The position numbers and the translations under genes were made by a program. Below the pieces are notes generated by a model. That model saw nothing but the letters and a program-made list of their open reading frames with translations, was not told the origin of the DNA and ran no database searches. A stretch of 28,928 nucleotides of DNA from NCBI GenBank assembly GCA_039821665.1, contig JBCBNR010000001.1, forward strand, positions 1 through 28,928, written 5' to 3'. This DNA is from Pseudomonadota bacterium. Lineage in GTDB: Bacteria; Pseudomonadota; Alphaproteobacteria; Rhodobacterales; Rhodobacteraceae. Positions 8,067 through 16,543 of the stretch are shown in pieces. Each line of letters starts with the position of its first letter. Within the stretch, counting starts at the first letter, position 1.

Positions 8067-9413
8067 TCATAAAGTGCTGTCTTCGAGAAATTTTTCAAGC
8101 CAATGGATGGTGTAGTCACCGGTCTGCACGGCCTCTGCCTCAAGCAAGGCATAAAACAGCGGTGCAGTGGTATCGATACCGTCCACCACCAGTTCGTCCA
8201 ACGCCCGCGCCAGGCGCGCAAGTGCCGCCGGACGGTCGGGGGCGGAGATGATCAGCTTGCCGATCAGACTGTCGTAATAGGGTGGAATCGCGTAGCCCTG
8301 ATAGATCGCGCTGTCCATGCGCACGCCCAGGCCACCAGGCACGTGATAGGCCTGGATCTTGCCGGGGCAGGGCGCAAAGTCAGGCAAGCGCTCGGCATTG
8401 ATCCGACATTCGATCGCGTGGCCTTTGGGAACCAGTGCCTCTTGCTGGAAGGACAGTGGCAAGCCAGCGGCGACACGGATCTGCTCGCGCACTAGATCGA
8501 CATTATAGACCGCCTCGGTCACCGGATGTTCGACCTGAAGGCGGGTGTTCATTTCGATGAAATAGAACGCCCCGTCTTCGTATAGAAATTCGATGGTGCC
8601 GGCCCCTGCATAGCCGATTTTGGCCACCGCATCGGCGCAGACCTTTCCGATCTCGGCCCGCTGCTGGGGTGTGATGATCGGCGATGGGGCCTCTTCGAAC
8701 ACCTTTTGATGGCGACGTTGGAGCGAGCAATCCCGCTCGCCCAGATGCACCGCATTGCCTTTGCCGTCGCCGAACACTTGAACCTCGATATGCCGAGGCC
8801 TGCCCAGGTACTTTTCCAAATACACAGCATCATTGCCAAAGGCGGCCTTCGCCTCGGCCCGGGCGGTGGTGAATGCGTCTTCCAAATCTGCCGCCGTTGG
8901 GGCGACTTTCATGCCGCGCCCGCCGCCGCCGGCGGTCGCTTTGACCAGAACAGGATACCCCATCCCCTCGGCCACGCGTGCGGCATCGTCCAGGGTCGGC
9001 ACCTCGCCGTCCGAGCCGGGCACGCATGGCACGCCCAGGTTTTGCATGGTCTCTTTTGCGGTGATCTTGTCGCCCATCATGTTGATATGGGCTGAGGATG
9101 GACCGATGAAGGTAATCCCATGATCTTCGAGGACCTGCACGAAACTCGCGTTCTCGGACAAAAAGCCATAGCCCGGATGCACGGCTTCGGCGCCGGTGAT
9201 CTCGCAGGCCGAGATGATGTTGGGAATGCTCAGATAGCTTTGACTGCCCGGCGGTGGCCCGATGCACACGCTTTCGTCGGCCATACGCACATGCATTGCA
9301 TCGGCATCTGCGGTGGAGTGGACAGCGACCGAGCCAATGCCAAGCTCTTTGCACGCGCGTATCACGCGCAAGGCGATCTCGCCACGATTGGCGATGAGGA
9401 TTTTGGAAAACAT
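8067..9413 (-). CDS. accC: Acetyl-CoA carboxylase, biotin carboxylase subunit
   Basis: [40 protein letters not shown] and [14 protein letters not shown] motifs; 448 aa. Confidence 0.97.
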   Translation of the reverse strand: MFSKILIANRGEIALRVIRACKELGIGSVAVHSTADADAMHVRMADESVCIGPPPGSQSYLSIPNIISACEITGAEAVHPGYGFLSENASFVQVLEDHGITFIGPSSAHINMMGDKITAKETMQNLGVPCVPGSDGEVPTLDDAARVAEGMGYPVLVKATAGGGGRGMKVAPTAADLEDAFTTARAEAKAAFGNDAVYLEKYLGRPRHIEVQVFGDGKGNAVHLGERDCSLQRRHQKVFEEAPSPIITPQQRAEIGKVCADAVAKIGYAGAGTIEFLYEDGAFYFIEMNTRLQVEHPVTEAVYNVDLVREQIRVAAGLPLSFQQEALVPKGHAIECRINAERLPDFAPCPGKIQAYHVPGGLGVRMDSAIYQGYAIPPYYDSLIGKLIISAPDRPAALARLARALDELVVDGIDTTAPLFYALLEAEAVQTGDYTIHWLEKFLEDSTL

Positions 9414-9422
9414 CGTCGCGGC

Positions 9423-9923
9423 CTATTCCAGGATGATGAGCGGCGCGCCAAACTCGACCGGGCCGCCATCTTCCACCAGGATCCGCTTGACCACACCAGC
9501 GCGGGGGGCGGGGATCTGGTTCATGGTTTTCATCGCCTCGATGATGGCGATGGTCTGGCCCTCGCTGACCTGATCGCCCAGCGAGACGAAGGACGCCGCC
9601 CCAGGTTCGGGCTGCAAATAGACCGTGCCCACCATGGGCGAGGTCACCGCACCGGGATGCTGCGCCGGATCTTCACCGCCTGCGTCGGGCGCGGGTGAAG
9701 GGGCTGCGGCTGGTGCGGGGGAGGGTACACTCGGGGCAGGGGCCGCCGCTTGGGCGGCCATGGCCACAGGTGCCACCGCCCCGCCACGGGCCACGCGCAC
9801 GGTCAGCGCGTCGTCTTCGGCATAGTCCCGTCTGACTTCTATTTCTGTAAGGTCCTGATCGCGCAGCAATTTGGCCAAGGCTGAGATAAAGGCGACATCG
9901 CTGTCGTGATTGTTCGTGCTCAT
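9423..9923 (-). CDS. accB: Acetyl-CoA carboxylase biotin carboxyl carrier protein
   Basis: Ala/Pro linker, SPMVGTVY, biotinylation motif EAMKTMN; directly upstream of accC. Confidence 0.96.
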   Translation of the reverse strand: MSTNNHDSDVAFISALAKLLRDQDLTEIEVRRDYAEDDALTVRVARGGAVAPVAMAAQAAAPAPSVPSPAPAAAPSPAPDAGGEDPAQHPGAVTSPMVGTVYLQPEPGAASFVSLGDQVSEGQTIAIIEAMKTMNQIPAPRAGVVKRILVEDGGPVEFGAPLIILE

Positions 9924-10031
9924 TTGAGACCTCGTGTCAGACCTTCTGATTGCGCTCGCGCATTGGGGGTCTGTGCGAGCGAAGTGCCAAGTCCTCTACA
10001 CCCAACTGACGCTGGGGAAAAGGGCAATGGC

Positions 10032-10769
10032 TTAGGAATTTTCACGTGCTGTGGCCACGGCTTCGCGCATCACGTCGATGGGTTTGAACCCCCGGATCAC
10101 CTCGTCCCCGACCACAAAGGCAGGCGTGCCGGTGATCTGCAAAGTGCCTGCCAGCGCGCGGGTGGCGTCCAAATGTGCCTTCACCTCAGGGCGGCTGGCA
10201 TCTTGGCGCACCTGGTCCACATCCGCTCCTGCCTGGCGGGCCAGCCCATAAAGAACCGGCTCGGACAACGGACCTTGGAAGGATAAAAGCGCGTCGTTGA
10301 ACGCGGCATACACCTCTGCAGATTGATACAACAGGATGGCAACCGCCGCCTCGCTCGCGGTTTGCGAGACCGGGCCCAGGATCGGCAATTCTTTGATCAC
10401 ATAGCGGATCTCGCCATCGCTCTCGATCAGTTTCTTGACGTCCCCATGGGCCAGTTTGCAATAACCGCATTGGTAGTCGATGAACTCCACCAACGTGATG
10501 TCGCCCTCGGGATTTCCACCCACATAGGAAACCCCGTCATCCACAAGGCGCGCTTGCAACTGCGCGATCAGTTGCGCGTCTGCCAGGCGCTTGGCCTCGG
10601 CCTCGCGGGCGCGCAAGACGTCCATCGCCTCCATCAACACTTCTGGGTTTTCCAAAAGATAGGCGCGGATCTCGGAGCGCAACGTGTCGCGATCCAAGGT
10701 GGGGGCCTCTTGCCCATGGGCAAACACCGGGGCTGAAAGGATCAGGGCCGCTGCCAGACTGCGTTTCAT
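10032..10769 (-). CDS. Periplasmic DsbA/ScsC-like thiol-disulfide oxidoreductase
   Basis: Signal peptide; N-terminal helix IRAYLLENPEVLMEA typical of ScsC-type proteins; active site DYQCGYC; cis-Pro loop GTPAF. Confidence 0.88.
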   Translation of the reverse strand: MKRSLAAALILSAPVFAHGQEAPTLDRDTLRSEIRAYLLENPEVLMEAMDVLRAREAEAKRLADAQLIAQLQARLVDDGVSYVGGNPEGDITLVEFIDYQCGYCKLAHGDVKKLIESDGEIRYVIKELPILGPVSQTASEAAVAILLYQSAEVYAAFNDALLSFQGPLSEPVLYGLARQAGADVDQVRQDASRPEVKAHLDATRALAGTLQITGTPAFVVGDEVIRGFKPIDVMREAVATARENS

Positions 10770-10793
10770 GCTCCACTCTCCTTGCGCTGTCGC

Positions 10794-12140
10794 TCAGCGA
10801 TCGACCTTCTTCGCTGCGTCCAAAATGTCTTGCGCGCGCCGCCAAGCGGGCGAGCCTTGGGGCAATTGCCCTTGCGCGCGGGTCGCATGGATCTGGGCAT
10901 CTCGCAGGCGGGCCTGCAAGGCAAATCTTTCCGCGGTGGACAGGGCGGCCAGGCCCGGCTGGCCGTTTGCGGCATAGGCCCGGCCCAGGTCCCGCATCAG
11001 CGCTGGGTTCGCGTCGTCGCGCTGACGGGCACGCTCCAGCACCACCAAGGCCTCTGAGAGGGATTTTGGCGTGTTGAGAGCCACGAGCGCCCGGCCCAGC
11101 CCCGCCAGGATCAAGCTTTCGTTCGGGGCCAGCCGCACCGCTTGGCGGTAAGACGCGACCGCGCCAGACGCATCGCCGTTTTCCAGCAGGAACTGACCCT
11201 TCAATTCGTGATAAAACGCATCCCCAGGTCGCGCCTTGATCAGAGCATTTATAGCGGTCGAGGATTTCGCCCGGTTGGGCAGGCGGTGATAGGCAATCGC
11301 GCGCGCCATCACGTCCAATTCAGAATTCGACGTCGCATCGCGCAGGGTTCGTGCGGGTGCATCCAAAAAGGCGTCGAACTTTGCCACCATCCGTTTGTGC
11401 CATGCGGCCAGCGCCGGATCAGGGCCATTGCCCTTGGGGGAAGCGGCGATTTTAGCTTCCAACAGGCTTAACCTTTGGCGCCACAAAGGGTGCGTGCGCA
11501 CATAAGGGTCCGCCCTGCGGGCCGACAGGATCTCTTGCCCGCGAAACAGTTTTAGCACGTCGAGAAGCCCTTGGGGATCGACGCCCGCCGCGATCATATA
11601 GCGCAAGCCCGCCTGATCCGCGGACGCCTCTTCGGCGCGGGAATGGGCCAAAAGCGATCTGCGGGCGACCTCTTGGCTGCCCGCGCCGATGGCCACGGCC
11701 GCCTCTCCCGCGCCGGAGGCGACGGAGGCGATGGACAGCAGCAAGCCAAGCCCAGCGACGGTGTTGGCGTTGCGCACCCGGTCCGCGATGCGGGTCTGGT
11801 GCCCGCCTGTGATATGCGCGATCTCGTGGGCCAGCACCGCTTGCAACTGTTCCACCGTGTCCAAGCGTTGCAAAAGCCCCGTGTGCAAAAAGATGTTGTT
11901 GCCGCCTGCCACAAAGGCATTCAGCGACCGGTCTTGGACGATCAGAATGCGCAAGCGCGACGGGTTCATTCCGGCGGCGCGAATCAAAGGGTCTGCGATC
12001 AGGCGCAAGGTTTGCTCAATCTCGGCATCGCGGATCAGGCCGCGCGCCTGTGCCATGGGCGCAAGGGCCAGCGACACCAGGGCCGCCAGGGCCAGCGCTT
12101 GCCAAGTGCGGCGGATCGTGGTGAAGCGGGCACATCTCAT
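10794..12140 (-). CDS. M48 family metalloprotease with TPR repeats (BepA/YfgC-like)
   Basis: Signal peptide ...APMAQA-RGLIRDAEIE; LNAF, zinc motif HEIAH, EEASAD, THP; C-terminal TPR-like helices. ATG 12140 preferred over 12176. Confidence 0.88.
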   Translation of the reverse strand: MRCARFTTIRRTWQALALAALVSLALAPMAQARGLIRDAEIEQTLRLIADPLIRAAGMNPSRLRILIVQDRSLNAFVAGGNNIFLHTGLLQRLDTVEQLQAVLAHEIAHITGGHQTRIADRVRNANTVAGLGLLLSIASVASGAGEAAVAIGAGSQEVARRSLLAHSRAEEASADQAGLRYMIAAGVDPQGLLDVLKLFRGQEILSARRADPYVRTHPLWRQRLSLLEAKIAASPKGNGPDPALAAWHKRMVAKFDAFLDAPARTLRDATSNSELDVMARAIAYHRLPNRAKSSTAINALIKARPGDAFYHELKGQFLLENGDASGAVASYRQAVRLAPNESLILAGLGRALVALNTPKSLSEALVVLERARQRDDANPALMRDLGRAYAANGQPGLAALSTAERFALQARLRDAQIHATRAQGQLPQGSPAWRRAQDILDAAKKVDR

Positions 12141-12151
12141 GGGGTGCAGGT

Positions 12152-13306
12152 ATGACAGAGGCACTAGGCAAATCAACCCGAGGGGCGGTCGATCCGTTCA
12201 TTGTGATGGACGTCATGGAAGCGGCCCGGCGCGAGGAGGCCAAAGGCCGCTCGATCATACATTTGGAGGTGGGTCAGCCCGGCACAGGCGCGCCCCAAGC
12301 AGCATTGGACGCCTTGACCGCCGCGATGGCCGAGGGGCCCTTGGGCTATACCGTGGCTTTGGGGCTGCCAGCCTTGCGGGCGCGCATCGCGCGACTTTAC
12401 CGGGACTGGTACGGGATCGACCTTAATCCTGAGCGGGTTGTGGTGACGGCAGGATCGTCGGCAGCCTTCCAATTGGCGTTTATTTCGCTTTTTGAGACCG
12501 GTGCAAAGGTGGCCATAGGTGCCCCCGGCTATCCCAGCTATCGCAACATCCTGAAGGCCTTGGGGTTGGAGGCGCTGAACCTGCCCACTGGTGCTGAGAC
12601 CCGGTTTCAACCCATATGCGACATGGTCCCGCCCGAGGCTGCGGGTCTGTTGGTCGCCTCACCCGCGAACCCCACGGGCACGATGCTTGACCGGGCAGAG
12701 CTTGCGGCCCTGATCGAAGGCTGTGCTGCCCGTGGGCAGGCATTTATCTCGGACGAGATTTACCACGGGCTGCACTATGGCGCGCGGGCAGTCTCAGCCT
12801 TGGAGATCAGCGACGAGGTCTATGTGATCAACTCGTTTTCCAAGTATTTTTCGATGACCGGCTGGCGAATCGGGTGGATGGTGGTGCCCGAGGCCCATAT
12901 CCGCCAAGTCGAACGGCTCAGCCAGAACCTCTTTATCTGCGCACCCCACGCAAGCCAGGTGGCGGCCCTTGCGGCGATGGAGTGTGGGGTGGAGTTGGAG
13001 GGCAATCGCGCTGTCTATATCGCCAATCGCGCGCTGTTGCTCGACGCCTTGCCCAAAGCGGGGTTTGCCGATCTCGCGCCGCCTGATGGGGCATTTTACC
13101 TGTATGCGGACGTCTCGGCCCTGACCAACGACAGCCGTGCCTTGGCCACCGAATTGCTAGAGGTGGCGGGGGTGGCCGTCACGCCAGGATATGATTTCGA
13201 TCCTGTGCGCGGGGGGCGGTACTTGCGGTTTTCCTACGCAGGCGCGACCGAGGATATGGCCGAAGGGCCCGCGCGCCTGGCCGCATGGTACCAGGCGCGC
13301 CGCTGA
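12152..13306 (+). CDS. Class I/II PLP-dependent aminotransferase
   Basis: HLEVGQP, SPANPTG, SDEIY, PLP-lysine motif NSFSKYFSMTGWRIG, GAFY and LRFSY. Confidence 0.93.
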   Translation: MTEALGKSTRGAVDPFIVMDVMEAARREEAKGRSIIHLEVGQPGTGAPQAALDALTAAMAEGPLGYTVALGLPALRARIARLYRDWYGIDLNPERVVVTAGSSAAFQLAFISLFETGAKVAIGAPGYPSYRNILKALGLEALNLPTGAETRFQPICDMVPPEAAGLLVASPANPTGTMLDRAELAALIEGCAARGQAFISDEIYHGLHYGARAVSALEISDEVYVINSFSKYFSMTGWRIGWMVVPEAHIRQVERLSQNLFICAPHASQVAALAAMECGVELEGNRAVYIANRALLLDALPKAGFADLAPPDGAFYLYADVSALTNDSRALATELLEVAGVAVTPGYDFDPVRGGRYLRFSYAGATEDMAEGPARLAAWYQARR

Positions 13307-13310
13307 TCGG

Positions 13311-16064
13311 TTAGCCGCCGCCGATTGTGCGGGCCCACCAGCCTTTGCGTTTTGGCGCGTCGGCGGTTTTGGCAGGCTCTGCTGGGGCATCGGCCATGGG
13401 CGCCTGTTCAGTGGCATCCGCATCCGAAATCACCGCCTGGGCCGAGGCCCTGGCCCGGGGCTTTTTCGCAGGTTTTACGGGCGCATCCGCGCTTGCTTGG
13501 GCCAGTTCCGGCTCGGGCTCAGCCACTGCTGGTGCGGGCGTTGCCGGTTCGGGCGTTGGCTGCGCCGGGGCCTCCGCTGGTGTTTCTGCGGGGGCTGCGG
13601 CTGCGCTGCGGCGGCGTCTGGGCTTGGGGGGCGCGTCATTCGCTGGTGCGCCGTCCGCCGGTGCGCTGTCCGCTGGTGCAGCGTGTTGCGCCTCTTGCTG
13701 GCCCTCGTTTGCGGGCGCTGCAGCCTCGGGGTCTTGCGAGGATGGTTTGCGCGCGCGCACGCGGCGTCGTTTGGGCTTTTCCTCTGCATCATCGGCAGGG
13801 GTGGCTGCTGGTGCGTCCTCGTTTGAGGCATCCCCTGCGGTGGGAGAGGCCTCAGCCTCCGATGCCTCTGCATGCTCGTCCGCGGCCTCTGCGCCATCCT
13901 GCGCTTCGGCCTGTCCGTCGCCTTCGCCCGAGCGACCTTTGCCACCCCGCCGCCGACGCCGCCGGCGCTTGCGCTTGGGCTGATCCTCGCCCTCGGGGGC
14001 CTCGGCGGTCTCCGCCTCGGCTACCACGGGGGTGTCCTCATCCTCGTCCTCTTCGACCAGGTCGGGCATGGAGGTGATCGCGATGGTGTTGAGCATCTCG
14101 GGCTCGGGCACGATCCGAGTGGCGGTCTTGAACCGCTCGACCTTGTAGTCGGGCGAGATCAGCGTGGGGTCCCCTTCGATGCGCACGCTCAGGCCAAAGC
14201 GTGTCTCGATCATCGCCACATGCTCTCGCTTTTGGTTGAGCATGTAATTCGCGATCTCGACCGGCACGGTGACCAGCACTTCCTTGGACCGTCGGCGAAC
14301 GCCTTCCTCTTCCAACTCGCGCATGACCGCGAGGGCCATCGAATCTGCGGACCGGACGCGCCCGGTGCCATGGCAGTGGGCGCAAGGCGTTGTCGTTGCC
14401 TCCAACATCCCAGGCCGCAGACGCTGGCGCGACATCTCCAACAGGCCAAAGCCCGAGATCCGACCCACTTGAATGCGCGCGCGGTCGTCTTTCAGCCGAT
14501 CCTTCAGACGCTTTTCAACCGCCGTGTTGTTGCGCCGCTCTTCCATATCGATGAAATCGATGACGATCAGGCCAGCGAGATCGCGCAATTTGGCCTGGCG
14601 CGCCACTTCTTCGGCGGCTTCAAGGTTGGTTTTGAGCGCGGTCTCTTCGATCGAGCCTTCTTTGGTGGCTTTGCCGGAGTTCACATCGACCGCCACCAGC
14701 GCCTCGGTCACATCGATGACGATGTAGCCGCCCGAGCGCAGCTGCACGGTGGGGTTGAACATGCCGTCCAGCGTTTTTTCCACGTTGAAGCGCGAGAAAA
14801 GCGGCAGCGCTTCGGTGTAAGATTTCACGTTCTTGGCATGGGACGGCATGAGCATTTTCATGTAGTCCTTGGCCTCGCGATACCCGCGCTCGCCCTCCAC
14901 CAAAATGTCATCGATATCGCGGCTGTAGAGATCGCGGATGGACCTACGGATCAGGCTGCCCTCCTCGTAGATCGGGGCCGGTGCGATGGATTGAAGGGTC
15001 AGTTCGCGGATCTGCTCCCACTGGCGCAGAAGGTATTCATAGTCGCGCTTAATTTCGGTCTTGGTGCGGTTTGAACCCGCGGTGCGGATGATCAGACCCG
15101 CGCCCTCGGGCACCTCGATGGAGTTTGCGATCTCTTTGAGCTTTTTGCGGTCAGAGGCGTTGGTGATCTTGCGGCTGATGCCGCCCCCACGGGCGGTGTT
15201 GGGCATCAAAACGCAGTACCGACCGGCCAGCGACAGATAAGTGGTAAGCGCAGCCCCTTTGTTGCCGCGCTCTTCTTTGACAACTTGGACTAGCAGGATC
15301 TGACGGACCTTGATGACTTCTTGGATTTTATAGCGCCGGGGGCGAGGTTTGCGGGGGGCCACCTCCTCTTTCGCGTCATTGGCGCCCACGTCATCATATT
15401 CGTCGGACTGCGGCGTGTCCTCTGCGTCGTCGGTTTGGTCCTCACCGGCCTCGGACGGGTCGTTTGCGGCATCTGCCGTGGCGTCTGCTTCGGGCGCGGC
15501 CTCCGCTGTCGGGGCCTCTTCGCTGGGCACTTCATCCGGTGCGGGCGCGTCTGTCGTACTATCGTCAGCGGCAGCGTCCGCCACAGGGGCGATTGTCGCT
15601 CCCTCGGGCAGGTCCTCGACCAGGTTGGATGCGTCTTCCTCGCTCAGATCCACCGATTGCAACGCATCAGACGTGCTGGGAGCACCGTCTTGCGCTGCTT
15701 TAGAGCGGCTGCGGGTTCGCCGGCGGCGCTTGGGCTTCTCGTCCGCCTCGTCTTCTTCGGCCTTTTGGGCCTTTGCATACTCGGCCTCTTCGCGCAGCAA
15801 CGCCTCGCGGTCTGCGGTGGGGATCTGGTAATAGTCCGGATGGATTTCCGAGAAGGCCAGGAACCCATGGCGGTTGCCGCCATAGTCCACGAACGCGGCC
15901 TGAAGCGAGGGTTCGACCCGCGTCACTTTGGCCAGATAGATGTTGCCCGCAAGCTGGCGCTTGTTCAGGCTCTCAAAGTCAAAATCCTCGACCTTGTTTC
16001 CGTCGACCACCACAACACGGGTTTCCTCCGCGTGGGTGGCATCGATAAGCATTTTCTTTGACAT
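13311..16064 (-). CDS. rne: Ribonuclease E
   Basis: KKMLIDATHAEETRVVVV, RVEPSLQAAFVD, KEERGNKGA, DVNSG, DLAGLIVIDFIDM, Zn-link CAHC; long Ala/Pro/Glu/Arg-rich C-terminus ending KGWW. ATG 16064 preferred over TTG 16079. Confidence 0.97.
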   Translation of the reverse strand: MSKKMLIDATHAEETRVVVVDGNKVEDFDFESLNKRQLAGNIYLAKVTRVEPSLQAAFVDYGGNRHGFLAFSEIHPDYYQIPTADREALLREEAEYAKAQKAEEDEADEKPKRRRRTRSRSKAAQDGAPSTSDALQSVDLSEEDASNLVEDLPEGATIAPVADAAADDSTTDAPAPDEVPSEEAPTAEAAPEADATADAANDPSEAGEDQTDDAEDTPQSDEYDDVGANDAKEEVAPRKPRPRRYKIQEVIKVRQILLVQVVKEERGNKGAALTTYLSLAGRYCVLMPNTARGGGISRKITNASDRKKLKEIANSIEVPEGAGLIIRTAGSNRTKTEIKRDYEYLLRQWEQIRELTLQSIAPAPIYEEGSLIRRSIRDLYSRDIDDILVEGERGYREAKDYMKMLMPSHAKNVKSYTEALPLFSRFNVEKTLDGMFNPTVQLRSGGYIVIDVTEALVAVDVNSGKATKEGSIEETALKTNLEAAEEVARQAKLRDLAGLIVIDFIDMEERRNNTAVEKRLKDRLKDDRARIQVGRISGFGLLEMSRQRLRPGMLEATTTPCAHCHGTGRVRSADSMALAVMRELEEEGVRRRSKEVLVTVPVEIANYMLNQKREHVAMIETRFGLSVRIEGDPTLISPDYKVERFKTATRIVPEPEMLNTIAITSMPDLVEEDEDEDTPVVAEAETAEAPEGEDQPKRKRRRRRRRGGKGRSGEGDGQAEAQDGAEAADEHAEASEAEASPTAGDASNEDAPAATPADDAEEKPKRRRVRARKPSSQDPEAAAPANEGQQEAQHAAPADSAPADGAPANDAPPKPRRRRSAAAAPAETPAEAPAQPTPEPATPAPAVAEPEPELAQASADAPVKPAKKPRARASAQAVISDADATEQAPMADAPAEPAKTADAPKRKGWWARTIGGG
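13641..13685. repeat. Imperfect 3 x 15-nt tandem repeat inside the rne C-terminal coding region
   Basis: CGCTGGTGCGCCGTC / CGCCGGTGCGCTGTC / CGCTGGTGCAGCGTG, encoding HAAPA-DSAPA-DGAPA. Confidence 0.6.
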
Positions 16065-16412
16065 GGTATCTTTCGACAACGGCCTTGGGCCGCGTGCGCC
16101 TGTCGCGCCGCGCGTCGTGGTGCCGTATGGGTTGGGGTGCGATACGAATGCCGCAGACCGACTGCGCCGATCCCTAGGGGATGGGGCAAGGTCAAGATCA
16201 GTGCGGCATCGCGTTTCATCGCGGTTATACTCCGACGCTGTCCCATTTTGCGGTCAGCGTCCCTTTGTGGCCGACACGGGTGTGCCGGAGAATTGGTCGG
16301 TGGCGTGTAAAACGCCCGTCGTCAGTGCACATGGCCGATTGAGAGATCCGGTCATAGGATCGCACTGCGGCGAAACTCATCAGTCTGACGTAATCTGTCA
16401 GCTCTGCCTACA

Positions 16413-16441
16413 CAATAGCCATGCACCCGCGCAGAACACAA
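16413..16441 (-). promoter_or_regulatory. Candidate rne promoter (TTGTGT-N16-GCTATTG)
   Basis: TTG-type -35 and GCTA-type -10 on the minus strand; implies a 5' UTR of about 340 nt. Confidence 0.35.
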
Positions 16442-16487
16442 ATTGTTTCTTCGCCATAAGGATAGGTCGAAAGCCGCGCAATCGCTT

Positions 16488-16516
16488 TTGACCCTGCGGG
16501 TCAGAGGGCGTAAACT
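16488..16516 (+). promoter_or_regulatory. Candidate sigma70 promoter for mrcA (TTGACC-N17-TAAACT)
   Basis: Near-consensus boxes with a 17-nt spacer, ending 27 nt before the ATG at 16544. Confidence 0.65.
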
Positions 16517-16543
16517 ACAAGTTCTGAGGTATAGGGGACCCAC

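Noticed and set aside
16300-16383. Hammerhead-like CUGAUGA and CUGACGA cores on the minus strand of the rne leader
   Set aside because: Neither is followed by a stem II and GAAA on the same strand; the apparent CGAAAC is on the opposite strand.
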